Positions 37,004-51,912 are shown, counted from the first letter of the stretch. The stretch: 64,000 bases of DNA from Chlorokybus atmophyticus (GCA_009103225.1 RHPI01000773.1:210003-274002); one strand, 5' to 3'. The notes: generated from the letters alone by a model not told the origin. Numbers and translations: made by a program.

Positions 37004-38293
37004 GGTAGTTGCAGATGTACATAGAGTTGTAGGAGACTTAGCTTGGCGCTATTGATCAAGCGCATCCGATTTTGACATTAGTAGCAACAGCTAATTGTAG
37101 CTAGCAGCTGCGCTGTCTATATGCTTGCTTGATGCGCTGTATTCTACTGGACAAGCCTGTAAGCACTAGCGTCTTGTTGCTGATAGCTAGTCCTTCTGTA
37201 CCTAGACTGCACGTTGTATTCGGAAACCTGCTGCTGGTAGACAACCCTTCCCACATGCATGGTCCTGCTCTGTACAGAACTCGTTACATGTGCATATCGC
37301 TGCTTGTCTCTGCATTATGGTGGCTGAGAAACATTCCACCTCAACACAGCAGTGCAGCTGCTGCAGGTCGATAAGCGCTGCAAGTGTCTGGTTTGTTGAA
37401 ATCCTGTTGTAAGGAGGGCAATTGTCCGCGAACACATCCTGGTGGATCTATTGTTACTCTGTCACATCTGGAGATTATTAAGACTTCGCTACTATTTACT
37501 AGGCAGTACGGTTGGTTGTTAGGCCACACTTGTCCTGCATTGCAATGAATCTTCATTACCAACGAGTGTCTATGGGCTGTTACCTTTGTCAATGGCTCGC
37601 GAACTGGCTCACCTCACCTCACCTTACACACACTCACGCACACACACATTACATCACATAGTGTCAAACATGCACACGCCGACATACAGCAGGGTACTCC
37701 AGCACTGATGATGTACAAGTTGCTAAGGCACATATGCTTTGCACTTGCTGCTCTGCAGCCGCGTGTGCAGCAGTGCGCTATGAAAGTCTGCATTGCATGA
37801 AGGAATGAGGTGATCTTTCCCGACGGAATGCACACATACCTTGCAGTGATAGTGGCACAGCCGCGCATGCACACACATACACTTTCGCAGTTGATGCACT
37901 GAGTTGCTTCAACTCCGCCACTGACAGCAATCCGCAACGTGCTATACTAGATGTGTGCAAACAACAGGTGCAGTGTTCCATTATGGGCAGTTTGCCATGG
38001 CACTTGGCGTCACGTCGGACATTGGCGAGTTCAAGGGAATCCCTCAGTACGCACATACCAATAACTAGTCACATGTACATAGCCCAAGACCTGTATCAAT
38101 CCAAAACAACCGGCACAAACATAACCAAGCCACAAACCTAAGGGAAGCAAGCGACCTACAATGTACATAAAGCTAACCATCACTCAACGTCAGAAAGTAT
38201 GCCGACTATCAATGGAACAAACAATGCATTGCTGCTACTAATGAAGATAAGGAACCTAGTGATACACAATATTCCATCTGACTGCACGTGCTC

Positions 38294-41200
38294 TTACACA
38301 ATGGACTCGACACCGCCAATTGCAGCCGCCGCCATATCTTCAGCATTGCGGTCCTTGGGTTTCATGGCATCAGGTGCGGTCTCCATCAGGTACGTCACGG
38401 GATCTTTCATGAAGTCCGGCTCGTACGCATTGCGCAAGACTTTTGTGTCTGGTGGAGAAGTTGCACCGGTACCGTCGACATTGTCCACACCCGCCGCAAT
38501 GTCAAGTGGCAGGATCTCCGTGACTCTCTTCCATCTCTTCTCACACCACCTATCAAATGCAAACCTGCAAGAGGCCAGCGTGGGGTTGGACCCTTGCAGC
38601 AGTGGTGGTGAGCGCATGTTGCATCCAAAACAACAACTCACGTGAAAATTGGCAGTGGGATTAGCAAAACTGCGCCGATGCCGCCAGTCCATCCCCGCTT
38701 GAGGCCAAACAGACCGATCATCAGCAGCTGCCACACTCCCAGAAGGAGGCATATCCGTCGATGTATGAGTGGCCACATGCGGCCCGAGGCGTCGTACTTG
38801 GGCGTGTACACATGCAGGAACTGCATACACGTAGAGCAATGATAAGGTTACAACACAAACCTGTATGCCATTGCAGCTTCTCATGATAGGTGAAAACAGC
38901 CTGCCAGGATGAGATGCATTGCCTGAAGAGAAAGGGCGTGGGGGGGGTGTACCTGATTGCGCATGACGAGCAGGCCAGCACCAAAGAGGTACAGCACAAA
39001 AACAACCATAAGTGGTTGAATGACCATGTACATGATCCCCAGCAAGACGAAGAACAAGTAGTTGGCCACGAAGTTCAGATACCTGCAAGTACCAGGTAGT
39101 GATAGTCAGCAACCAATGCATTGTCAACGCAACAGCATAGCCAGCAAGTTAACGTACGGCGCAGGGGGAGGCTGATACAGGGCGGCAATCTCACGTGGCG
39201 TCTTGGCGAGGAACTTTATCTTCAGCCAGAACACCAGCACGGGGATCAAGCGCGACAGCTGTCATATCATCCACAGCCAGCATAAGACGAGTCAAGTTAC
39301 TGAACCTTGTCGCATGACACAATGTGGATTGTCCATATGCTACTTTTGAGTATGTCCACCAGTGCAAGTTTTATGCAACTCATGTGCATAAAAGCATGCA
39401 GCATAGTGACAGCACCAACCATTCTTGCCATGTATTGTAGCACAAGGCAATGTCTGTACATTGTGTGCATTGCTGTTATCTGTGATGGGCCATAGAGATT
39501 GAGCCTCACCTCAAGGGGCAGAACCACCAGAGCTTTCAACAGCACGAAGGCAAGGAAGAAGGTGGCAGTTTGTGGTATACCTGCCAATGAACACAAAGGT
39601 GTTGATTGGGAACCCGAGGCGTTGCTGCAAGCATGCGTGATAAGGCACTGGCACTGGCTCAGTATGACGGTATGCACACACACCTGTCGCGAGCAAAGAT
39701 GGAATGCTTGTTGGCGAGTCAATCATGCGCTTCAGATTGGAGAATATGCTGCCTGACACCGTGTAACCCAGCCAGGAGTTGATGAGCATGAAATAAAACA
39801 GTTTCGAGGTGCCCATGCGGTCTATCTTGGAGGAAGCCCACCAGCCTTCAAATTGGCTCATCTTCCTGCAGATTCCAGGAAGAAGAGCCAAGAAGATGAG
39901 CAGTGCAACGGTGGGTAGAAAACCCTGCCACACACAAGCCTCTGTCAATGTCTCATGTTTGCTTAGCGTGAAAGCCATTTGTAAACACAATACAAGCGCA
40001 ATGCTCAAACCCCACCTGCAGGAAAGTTCTCAAAACAGACTTCTCCGTAACGGGTCTCAGAAATGGTGCCAGCCGTTCCAAGTTGTCAAGCGTAGTCAAG
40101 GCAGATATTGCGGTGATGGGAATCATGAAGAACAGCAGCATCGCAACAAACACGCACATAATGATAAGCCTGCACAGAAGCTGTGTCACCATAGCTTCCC
40201 TTCGTAAATCTGGTGGGGTGTCTATGCAGTTGTTCATCTCGGAGGCATCAGCAACTCACCTGCGCATGCCTCGCATCTCGGTGCTCATGCTGAGGTTTGA
40301 CCAATACGTGTCACGGGGTTCCGGTGCGGGACACGTAACCCACTGAGACTCACTGCTGTGGTGAAGACTCTGCTAGCCAAACTTACTATTAATAGAAGCT
40401 TGCGCACAATTTGTTCATTGACATCTGCCTGGTGACTGCCAAGCACATCTTTGGGACATTTTGGCCGTTACCTGTGAGGCCATGGACGCCGTCAGACGTG
40501 TCTTGAAGGTGACAATGGCTGCAGACTGCTCTTTGCCAAGCGCCTCTTGCTGAGCAGATCTCAGGTCTGTCATGAGCTGTGCGACCTTGTTGCGGTGGAA
40601 CTCAACCGCATCCACCTTTTGACCGACAAGTCCAAGCAGCCCATCCCGCGTTGTGGGTCTAGGCTGGCCCTGCCAAGACAGGCGCATATGAACTAACTGT
40701 GAAACGATAAGGTTGTAACCAAACTGTTGCATGACCTCTGAACAAACCAATGAGACTGAGTGGCAACAGCAACAACATTGAACGGCATTGCAACAACAAC
40801 TGTTGTGCGTTCCATTAATGTTTGTGACACATGAAGGCCATAAAGCAGGTATTCATGAAGCAACCATCTGCAGCTGAACTTGTCTTGGTACCTTGGGTAA
40901 CGCGTGTTCGGCTTTCCATGCAGCCTTCTCAAACTTGATCTGCGCTTCATTGAGCTTCTTGGCAGCAGCATGTGCTTTGTCGTAATCGCGCACTGGCGTG
41001 CAGTCAAGGACGGCTCCATGGTATATCCTCTCAAAAAACATCCTTACGTAGTCACCTTTGGACACGCCATGAGGGGGGCTCTTCGAATCACCGACCCTGA
41101 TCGCATAAGGTGCAGCGGCTGGCAAACCAGCCGAGAAGTGTCGTACGCAATCATCAGCGTATTTCCTGTTGACCCATAACATAGGTTGATTTTGCATATG

Positions 41201-42950
41201 TAGTCATGAAGACAGGACCAATGTACTCAACCATATTGGTGAATGACAACAGTTGCCACTATAGATCAACCCCACCTGTAGTAGCGAAGCAGCAAGTAGT
41301 AGGCCCAAAAACTCAGCAGGTATGTGGTTATCCAGTGTGCCCACAGGCGCACACTGCCGATCGGTACATTTGCCATGCTGATGTAATCAAAGCTCTGCGT
41401 GACAACCGCACTTGCGCAACGAGTCTCCGGAGTGGAAGTGAGGCTGGCACTAGTACTTGCGGCGGCCTGCCGCAGCTGTGTTGAGCAAGGCATCTCCATG
41501 GTTTTGCAAGTACACACGCACACGTGCGTAGGTGCAGACGCATGCACACACGCACACACGCACAAGCAGAGAGGTACAAATGCAGACAAAGACACAAATG
41601 GCTTGTGAGTTGAATGCACGCGCACATGGGGACGGGAGAGGGAGGGAGGGAGAGGGGGAGCTTTATTAACCTAACCGCTGNNNNNNNNNNNNNNNNNNNN
41701 NNNNNNNNNNNNNNNNNNNNNNNNNNNNNNNNNNNNNNNNNNNNNNNNNNNNNNNNNNNNNNNNNNNNNNNNNNNNNNNNNNNNNNNNNNNNNNNNNNNN
41801 NNNNNNNNNNNNNNNNNNNNNNNNNNNNNNNNNNNNNNNNNNNNNNNNNNNNNNNNNNNNNNNNNNNNNNNNNNNNNNNNNNNNNNNNNNNNNNNNNNNN
41901 NNNNNNNNNNNNNNNNNNNNNNNNNNNNNNNNNNNNNNNNNNNNNNNNNNNNNNNNNNNNNNNNNNNNNNNNNNNNNNNNNNNNNNNNNNNNNNNNNNNN
42001 NNNNNNNNNNNNNNNNNNNNNNNNNNNNNNNNNNNNNNNNNNNNNNNNNNNNNNNNNNNNNNNNNNNNNNNNNNNNNNNNNNNNNNNNNNNNNNNNNNNN
42101 NNNNNNNNNNNNNNNNNNNNNNNNNNNNNNNNNNNNNNNNNNNNNNNNNNNNNNNNNNNNNNNNNNNNNNNNNNNNNNNNNNNNNNNNNNNNNNNNNNNN
42201 NNNNNNNNNNNNNNNNNNNNNNNNNGAGGGAGAGCGGGAGAGAGCGAGAGCGGGAGGGAGAGCGGGAGAGAGGGAGGGAGAGAGCGAGAGAGGGAGAGAG
42301 GGGGAGAGAGGGGGAGAGAGGGAGAGAGAGGGAGAGAGAGGGAGAGAGAGAGAGAGAGATGCGGCAAATGCACAGTTGTGCACAAACACAGACAAAGTTG
42401 ACGTGTCATAAAGAGACTCATGCACGCGCGTGTATCGCAATGAGCGACACACGTGCACGGACAGGAGTAGTAGTTGAGCGCACCTGTTTACAACCAGTGG
42501 ATGAGCCATTGCTGATGCCGCCCGCTGTGGCATTGATTGGTATTAGGACGAACACACAAGGTATGGCGGCGCCGAGAAAGAACCACAAGCTCCAAGTAAA
42601 TATCCGCAGAAAGGCGACGCCATCGAGGCCATTGCGCTTTTCAATGTCCCTCTCCGTCACGCTTACAATGCTGCACATGGCAATAGTCTACACCTCAGCA
42701 TCCACACAGACATAATCAGCTGCTGTGCTTTGCAAGCCATGTTCAGTGCATACCGCTTGAACCAGCCGAAGAAAGACTCGTGCGGTAACCGTTCATCAAC
42801 CCTGCCATTACCACTCTCCAAAGCATCCCGGGGATAATAGACTCTAGGCAACTGCTCTTTGCGCTTAAAGATTGACCACAGCACAATGCACGCCACTGCA
42901 ATGGCGCCATTGATAATCACCGACGACAGAAGGTCTGACCCAGCAGTCAT
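38294..42950 (-). CDS. CSC1/OSCA/ERD4 (TMEM63) family calcium-permeable channel
   Basis: MTAGSDLLSSVIINGAIAV...; GLDGVAFLRIF; RLWAHW; AAIVTFKT; APEPRDTYWSNL; GIPQTATFFLAFV; FLHVYTPKYDASGRMWPLIH. Multi-exon, with an N gap in one intron. Confidence 0.92.
41681..42226. other. Assembly gap (others at 43149-43331, 44290-44483, 63487-63624)
   Basis: N runs bordered by low-complexity GA or C/G tracts. Confidence 0.99.
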
Positions 42951-45439
42951 TGGGGCAACCGTTCAGCTTCCCCTCTTGATCACAGCTACCTGTACCTGTG
43001 CTGTCATGTCAGTCGGCTGCTGATCAGACTGATAACGCAAGCGCAGCATGCCTGGAAGTGCTTGCATTATTGCCCCCTCAAGTATACGCTTATCAGGTGC
43101 GTGCGTGTGTGTTGTGGTGGTGGTGTGGGTGGGTGTGGTAGGAGACTTNNNNNNNNNNNNNNNNNNNNNNNNNNNNNNNNNNNNNNNNNNNNNNNNNNNN
43201 NNNNNNNNNNNNNNNNNNNNNNNNNNNNNNNNNNNNNNNNNNNNNNNNNNNNNNNNNNNNNNNNNNNNNNNNNNNNNNNNNNNNNNNNNNNNNNNNNNNN
43301 NNNNNNNNNNNNNNNNNNNNNNNNNNNNNNNGGGGGGGGTACAAGCCAAGCAACAACCAAACTCCTGTAGATTGTTGAGCATTGAGGCGTAATAACAGTG
43401 CGGAGCACGTCAGCATAATCAGGATGCTGTCACATGTCCAGTCACCAATTGGCTGACGCTACTCAACGACCACGACCACACTCCAGATGACGCCTCACAT
43501 TCATATTTCATATTGAAAAATATATATTGGAAAATATATTGAAAAATAGTCAGAACCTACACACGTAAAGGAGGTGATTGCACGGACTGTTGCAATTGAA
43601 CGCAGAGCTGCACGTAAGCAGCATGACTACACTATGCGTTAGCTGGTTGGAGTCTGTAACTTGCCATAGGCAGCCTGCTCCACCCCCTTCCCGCACCCGC
43701 ACACACCTCTGTAAAGCGAGAAGCAAAGCCTCCTCTAGGTTTCCTTCTGCACCGAGCAGGCTGCGAGCGCCTCACCAGCGTTGTTGCCCGCAACCAGCTC
43801 GCCGACGCATGCTGCTCCCAACACTCCAACCCACAACAACTTCCGCCCAACGCCTCCATGCTTCCTCTGCTCCCAAGCCGCAGGATTGCCTCAATCTGTC
43901 TTACGGATCTGCTTGTTCGCGTGATTGCGGGCAGGGCGTGCGACGGGCGAGGCGAGCATGCAGCAGCGACTTGACAGCTGGCAATTCTATGCGTACGCGT
44001 CGGTGCCCGCGTTGTGGTGAGCGTTGCAGCATTGCAGCCGCACAGCGTTGGGGCCGCCCACCGCTGAGCCTGCTGCGACACTCCTCCTCTGTCTGACAAA
44101 AGTGATAAGCACTGCGATAGCTGTCAGAGTGACGGATGCCTAGGTTGAACCTTCTATTGTTTCTGCTTTGGATTGGATTAGAGCTCAACCTCTGTCAGTG
44201 GCGCGGGTTGCTGCGGAGCTCAACGTGGCGATACGAATTGGCGCGGAAGCACAATTGAATGTCGGTAACGAGACCCCCCCGGAATGAGGNNNNNNNNNNN
44301 NNNNNNNNNNNNNNNNNNNNNNNNNNNNNNNNNNNNNNNNNNNNNNNNNNNNNNNNNNNNNNNNNNNNNNNNNNNNNNNNNNNNNNNNNNNNNNNNNNNN
44401 NNNNNNNNNNNNNNNNNNNNNNNNNNNNNNNNNNNNNNNNNNNNNNNNNNNNNNNNNNNNNNNNNNNNNNNNNNNNNNNNNNNCCCCCCCCCCCCCGCCC
44501 CGCGCCCCTTCTTCTCCATTAAAGCCATGTTTAAACACAGTCATCTGTGAGTCGAGGGCATTGAATACTGGGCGTTTGCGTGTGCGTGTTTAACATATAT
44601 ATATATCATATACGTACGCATAATCACCATGTGGTGCCGTTATATGACATATTGACTTGCGTGTATATGTCTACGTGCACATGTGTACCGGTATGTGGCA
44701 CAAATGCGGCGTGCAATAATAATAGCGTTGATGCGAAGTCCATATATAAAAGTATAAAACGACATAGAGTTCGTTGTCTTAAATACATAATGCATTATTC
44801 AATAAGCCAGACAAATTGAAACAATACAGTGCGCTTAGCGGGTCGTATAACAGCAGTTGCACGTTCGCCTGTTTATAGCAACAAAACAAATGCTGTACAT
44901 GTATGCATGCTTGTGCATCAACTTGTTGCAGCGACAAGCGCCATTTAAACATAGCAACGGCATCAACCAATAGCATGCGTGCACTTCTAGTGGCATTATT
45001 CAGCTATTACGCTATCGCATGATTTGCAATCAACATTAACCTTTATGTATATACCACATTATTACATGAAGCATGCATATCTTGCATAACGAACAACTTG
45101 ATGCGCAGCACACAAGATACTGAGCAACTATTTGAAGTTGCAAGGGCTTATTTCGTAATATCAGCGGTCCTGTTACCATCCTTGTGTGCTTTGGCTACCG
45201 ATTGACGATATGTGATTGATCTTCAATCAAGCATTAAATGCCTGAAAGAATAAAACATACATAGATATACGGCCCTAAACGCTCAAAATTGTTATTTAGG
45301 CCTTGATCTAGGGTCTCAAGGGTCTGATTGCGCAGCTCGTACATGTATAGGCTTCTCGAACATACGACAATGCACATCTAAGCACAAGCCACAGCCAACA
45401 GCAGTCTAGTAGAAGAGGTGCAACACCAGGGTTTACAAT

Positions 45440-45939
45440 CACACACGTCGCAGCCTCACAGCGCAGGCCCAAGATCGGCGCGCTCAGCTGAGTATGTGAA
45501 AAACCTAATGCCACACATGCTACCAAGCACACACACACACAAACCCAAACACAAACACTTATCAATTACAGCGGGCACAGGGGAAAGCTTAACTACGTGC
45601 ACTAACTACGTGTATGTGGCGGAGTGGGGGTGGAGCATGCCGATGGTAACAGCAACAGGGCAAGCAGCGGCGGGCCTGTATGCATCTTGCACATGGTGTA
45701 CGCATATTTGCTGTTACACACAAGTTGAGTGCGTGACAGATTATGGCATACTGCTTAGCGGAATAGTTTGACATCGAAATGAGGTTGATTCCAATCTCAA
45801 CGCAACCCAAGATGGCCGCACCGCATGCGATTGCCGTGAGCATGCATGCACAGAATTTCTGTTGTAAGTCAGCGTGCAAACAGAGTGTGACACCAGCTGA
45901 ACTAAGCAGCTTAGCGTTGACGCGACAGCGCATGCGCAT
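45440..45939 (-). CDS. Possible small membrane protein
   Basis: Hydrophobic exon KFCACMLTAIACGAAILGCVEIGINLISM with plausible splice sites; model uncertain. Confidence 0.25.
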
Positions 45940-46711
45940 GGTCCGCGCAAGTGGCCGGCGAGGAGGTGGAGCAGGTGGTGGAGCAGCAGAACGGAATCAG
46001 TTGGGAATATCCGGCGCTGTGGCGGCTTCAGCAAAATTGAGGTAGGGGAAGTTGGCTGACCGAGTGGCGTACGTAGCCAGGTTGCGTTACGCTGTGCGAG
46101 CTGGAGTAAGGATCACACGTCATGTGAATGTGCAGCTGCTGCTTCCCTTGCATGCTTCTGGGTTTGCATGTTGATACGGATTGAACAGTACAACAGCCGC
46201 ATGGCAGACTGCATGCATTCTGACATGTGCATGCATGGCAATGGTGCTGTGCAAAGTTAGGGAAATCAGTTTGCGCACAAAGCTTTGCTACCATAACACA
46301 CCGTGTATGCACCGTGTATGCACGCCCGTTTGGCAGCTTATGCGGAATCGCGGACAGCTTCGCACACATGACATCATGCATAGCATTCTGTACTTAATGT
46401 GGGTCGCGTAGGCAGTGAAGGAGAAGACAGACGTTGTCACAGACAGCTTTTCCAATAACGTTGTCTGTCATTTATGGCATTGTCGCTGATCTGTTCGCAT
46501 GGCAATGCCAGTTGCCTTTGCTGCTTGGGTTTATCAGCAGGAATGCTTCGCAGCGTTCGCCTGATCATAGTATCCATGCATGGCGTTTCACAATCAACAT
46601 CAAGCAATTTGTGAGTGCTGTCGTTTTGACTAATTCAAGCAGTAACATAATGCTACAGTGATGGTTCAGCAGCAATAACAATAACAACAACAGTATCTGT
46701 AGTTTACTGCA

Positions 46712-47693
46712 ATGAGGAGTGACACAATTCTCAACTCCCATTTTTCGCTGACAGGTACAGGTTTCGTGAGCAAGAGAAGGCCAAGCGAAATGGATGCTGC
46801 TGCAGAAATCGAGGAGGAGAGCAAGCAGCAGGCTAGGAAAAGGAGGAGGTTGGATACAGCGGAAGGGAGTGACAACCGTACAGTTGATGATGCAACGACT
46901 GCCGCTGCAAAAGGTTGGAGGGAGCTGGACGCAGATTGCCTGCAAGGCAGGAGGGCGAGCAACGGCTGCCATGACGTCCGTGTGCAAGTAAGTAAGCACG
47001 TGGCCACTGCTACTTGATCTCAGCAACGTTGCTGCGTGTCAAACACTGCTGAGATCCCGTACAGTGAAGGGCACATCTGTAGTCACGCCCTACATACAAA
47101 CAAGCTGCTGCTTGAGTTGGCTATCGAGAACGTGTCAGCAGCCAGCAACTGCAGTTATACGATCATGCATGCTACCTTCTCCAATATGGTCCAGTCTTCA
47201 TCTCTTGTTGCAGGCATTGGGCTGAAGTGTTTCTCTCGAGAAGAGAGCGCTTGTGGCAGCCAGTTTGTGAATTGGACTTCCCTGAACGTGTACAGCGCAG
47301 AGCAGCAGATGCAGACTCTCCTTGCTGGCATGCGGTGTACAAAAGCGCCATGGCGTGGCCTCCTGAGGTTGCAACTCAGCACACACACACAACATGCTGA
47401 CTGGGTCTTGCAGCTTGCTGGAGGCGTACACTAAGGAGCAAGTGCGCCATCTGGTACCACAGGTAGTATGTTGGTGTGGCAGTCGTGTTGTCTCGCTGCT
47501 CGAAAACCGGCGGCCAACACTACTCGGCAGGGACGACTATCTTTTGCACGTGTGGAACATGCGTGACAAGACCTGCACATGGTTTGTCATCAACCATCAG
47601 GCAGCGCCTATTAAGCGCTCTCAGGAGTCCAAAGCTGCATTGGGACGGCCGGCTTCTACGTGTTGTGACGATGGTAGCTACAAATGGAAGTGA
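46712..47693 (+). CDS. Hypothetical multi-exon protein
   Basis: NLS-like ARKRRRL, GT-AG-bounded exons, ends ...DDGSYKWK*. Weak F-box-like KGWRELDADCL. Confidence 0.4.
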
Positions 47694-49119
47694 CCTTGCT
47701 ATTACGTTTACTATGAAATTATCAGCAGCGACAGAGCCAGTCGCCGTCGCTTTGCTGACTTGCTGCTGTGCAACACCATGGCCGGTAAAGCAAGGTGGCT
47801 GACCTTACGCACGCTCCCAGGCATGGCGGGTACATCTTCTGTTCAATGCTATCTCTCCGAGGGGCTTTGCCTATGCGCCCCCGCTGCACTGTTTGCTGGC
47901 CAGGTGGCCGTTCATTGTAACAGCGAGGTGGTTGTTATGGCAGAGTAAAAAGTGTGTTCATGTTTCTTCTATTCCAACATGAGTGCGTGCTATGCGCATG
48001 ATGTTAGTGACATAGCGGTTGTTAGTAGTCTGCTGGAGCGTTCATGGACTTGGAAGCTAGGTTGTGGGACAGCGTGGTGTGGCGAGATAGCAGCGAGCAG
48101 CGCTGTGTTATCAACTAGAACTGTATGTACACAGGTACATGTACATGAACATGGTCCATAACACCGTAATGCTGACCCATGTACATTTGTATAAATGTGG
48201 TGTGTATAAAGTAAGCTACTATGAGTGCATGCAAGGGTGTGGAACCTTCATTGGCCTAGCCTGTTGTATGCACGTGTAAGGTGCTCACATATATGATCCA
48301 AACTGCTTGCCAAGTAGTCTGAGTCAGTTTAGAAACAGCTTGAAGCTTGACTACATTGAACACATCAGGTGCTGCACAGTGTTCTGGCTAGGCTGCCAAA
48401 AGATTGCGTACCTTTATCCACCGCACCAACCTCCGACATAACGTTTTGGCAAACACTTAAACTTGCGCCCACCCAAGCAGGCATGCGCCACAAAACGTTG
48501 TGGTGCTGTGCAATTGCTGCATGCCACGCCTCGCACTGCGGTAAACGCAAAGAGCAAATAACAGCACATGCAGATTGTTGAGATCCAGCTTGGCACCATC
48601 CTTGCATACTACTGTATTGTACACAACCATTCAGCAGTTTGAGAGCCTAACCACGCTAGAAACACACAACGTCGTAGGGTAATGCTCTACCTTGCAGGTA
48701 TTTGCTCATATTTATTCTTAGCAACTGCTACTGGAAGTCTGGGCCATACTTACTCTGCATCAGGCTGCTGCCCTTCCTTACAAGCCAAGATCGACGGCGT
48801 TATTGCTTGTGGGGGCAACAGGGGCACTGTATGTCGTGTGCGGTGACAACCATGTGCAACATGTAGGGAAAAGCGCTGAGCTATAGATTGCAAGCTCAGC
48901 GAGCATTACTTCATACACTTGCATAACGGCAAGCTACAGTACTATTGACAAGCTACAAGCAATGGATAAATCATCATTGCTAGAAAACAATGGGTTCTAC
49001 GCGCAACCAGCCCCATCACACTTGGATCGGAAACTGTCAATGGTTGAGAGGGGCCACGACAAGCACCTGTATACAGGACAGGCAGCAGAGTTCTTCGTAT
49101 ACACAACGGGCGGATGTGA

Positions 49120-51912
49120 TTAGCACTGCAACTCCGCGCAGATAGGCATGATGAGCCCAGCCAGGCTGTCCCCACTGTGATTGTTGCAGTAGTCACCGTT
49201 GCTGACGACTTTGTGTCGCTTTCGCCCATTCTCAATCAACGCCTGCACGGTTGGGAGTTCGCAAGGATCACCCTTCTCAATAGCCGTCAACACTGTGCCA
49301 CCACCAGTGAACATGTAGTAAGTGCTGTCGTCCTGCAGGGGCAACATTTGGGGTTAAGCTGTGATGACAGGTGCACCCAAGGTGATCAGCACATAGCATG
49401 TTCACTGCAAACAAGTACATCCAGGCAGTTTGCTGGCTACTAACCTGTGCAGACATGTAGATCCCAGGCAGAATGCTTCGGAAGATTTGCAGTGTATCAC
49501 CGCCACCAAACATTTTGTGCCCAGTCTTATTCTTGGCAATCAGCGAGTCCATCGCATGAGTGCCCTCCATAAACGGTGGACTCGCATCAGTATACCTGCA
49601 AGGGGGTTCAAGTTGAGATTGCAACGAGAAGAGAGCAAAGACCAGACCTGGGAGGACACTGAAACCACTGTCTTGCATTCCACGCTTACCCCATGACAGC
49701 ATTCACGAAGACCAGCTTTGCTTCCAAGAAGACCTTTCGGATCCGTTCGACTTCAAACGACTCCGGGGCAACATCAAGAATGAAGTTGAGAGCATCCCCT
49801 TTCTTCAATTTCCTGACATCGACGTTCCGATGCCTACCGGCAATCCTGCCTTCCATTGTGTCAGACTCCACAATGATTGGGAGCTCAAGGATCTTGGACT
49901 TCTCCCTGTCCAGCTTGACCAAGTCTCTAGCCATCTCCACCTGTAAGCGACGCCAACACAGCATTGACACGTGTTGCATTGTTGAGATGCATGAAAAGTT
50001 GCTGCTCGCAGTGTAACTGCGTGAAGCTCCCGCACACATGTTCTCATGCGTGTGGGCAGCTTGTGAAAGTGGCACTTCAAAAGCGCAGGCCAAGAGTGAA
50101 AAAAACATTGAACGTTTCAAGCACTTCAACTTCGCCTTGCTATGCATTCAACACACCTCTTCATCCGCAATGCCTTGAATCTTGATGTCGTACTTGGCGC
50201 ACAAGTAGGCGTTGTATAAGACTCCACCAAGAACCAGATGGTCCGCACTGTGCCAGATGCGCGTCAACGGCCCAACCTATTGGAGTGAGGCAGTGGTCAC
50301 TCATTGGTTTCATCTCTACAAGCTTGGACCACCTTGCTTGACTGCACAACAAGTTGTACCTTTGTGTCGTACTTGCTGCCAGCGACCACCGCAAGAAACG
50401 GTCTCTCTGGCTGTGCAATCTTCTTCAGATTGCGAAGCTACAGCAAGCATAAAGTCGCGGATACATTAGCTGTGAGGCTCAGAAGCAAGTGCCCAACCCA
50501 GAGATCTAACAAACCTCAGCTTGCATGAGCAGACCGGCGTAGCTGGGGAGGTACTGTGTGATGTCATGTGTGCTGACGTGTGGCTGCCAAGATCCAAAAG
50601 CTGCAAACCGCAGACCACATCAGCAATTTGCGCAGTGGCACATGAGAACATGCTGGAGGCCAAGGACACAGCTGATCGTACCGTCATTGACATAGATGTC
50701 TGCAAGGCCGGCCAGCTGGACAGCGAATCGCTCTCTAGCATCCTGCCCAAATCTGCCTTCTTCACCAGTGAACCAGCGCGTGTTTGGTAGGTAGATTGCA
50801 CCCACACGCCTCGCCTTCAACTCCTGGCAACAATAGTAATCCAACAGACAGCTCAAGACCTGATGCGACTCTGCATGCCAACTTGAGACAGCGAGTAGTT
50901 ACATCCATGCGTACAGCAAAACTCACAATGTTTTACAAACCGCGGCCATCAGTACCCGAATGTAGAAGTTGACACTGGTATCGATGGACTCTATGCCCTT
51001 CTGTTCGTTGGTGGCAAAATGGTCCGGTACGCACACTGATATCTTTAGCTTGGACCTGTGTCAGTGTGTAAGAAAGCCTGCATGCGCCCCACTTCGCACG
51101 ATACGTGTCACAGGACTTGATGGCAAGCACAACAGTGTTGCTGTTTGTGTACGCAGAGACTGCCCAAGTACCTGAGATAATCGACGATGGGTTGCACACT
51201 ACTTTTCTCGTCAACATTGATCTTGTAAGCTTTTTTGTCATACGGGCGCCCCACGTGCGTCATCAAGATGAGGAGGCCGCCCTGCAACAAAATGCAACTG
51301 GTCGGTATGCTGCCTCAAGAGAGTAGCTCCTGATCAAGTACACACTTACCGATGACACAATGTTGAAGAGTGTGGGCAAGGAGGCCTCGATTCGAAAAGC
51401 GTCATCGATCTTGCCGTTCTTCACAACATTGTGGTCCACTCGCACCAATACCACTTTGCCATCAAGCTTTACATCCTGCGATCAGTGCAATGCACTTCAG
51501 CACCGTGAGTTGAACAAGACAGGAGCCAATTGGCGGGCTCAACTTCAGTGGTGCTGCTTGCAAAGTGTGCTATTATGAGGTGACAGCATACAGCAAACAA
51601 CCGGCCTCTGAGCACGCAATCTTTGGAGACTGCAATACAACGCACTCTAGGCACAGCTTCAACAGCACGACTAGCTGTTACTTTCGCACACTCAGGTCTT
51701 CGCAACGAAGACCATTGCTGAATCACGGCAACGCAACTGTAGCATTTGAGATTCATCGTGTTAACAACTGGCCTACAATTGAACAACCAGAGAGGCATAG
51801 GGACAACAGCACAATATTTTCACAAACACAAGGTGGCCCAAACCTGCAGCAGAGGCAGCTCAGGGTGCAGCGCCTTGCGTAGGCTGCGCTGCTGCAGCAG
51901 CGTCATGACCAT
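49120..51912 (-). CDS. PGK: Phosphoglycerate kinase family protein, divergent
   Basis: Spliced exons give KVVLVRVDHNV, THVGRP, YLPNTRWFTGEE, YVNDAFGSWQPH, RPFLAVVAGSK, FVNAVMG, FGGGDT, FTGGG. Confidence 0.85.

Larger units (their letters stand above)
32440..37375. repeat. Tandem ~2.5-kb duplication of promoter, gene and 3' flank
   Basis: 32440-34915 aligns with 34915-37375, including upstream blocks and the 3' region. Confidence 0.9.

Noticed and set aside
41660-41680. 21-nt exact match to the FTR1 copy-2 promoter (35320-35340) inside a CSC1 intron
   Set aside because: It abuts an N gap after a GA-rich tract; most likely a gap-filling or assembly artefact rather than a shared regulatory site
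41328-44550. Long ORFs spanning N runs
   Set aside because: Artefacts of translating through gaps and microsatellites
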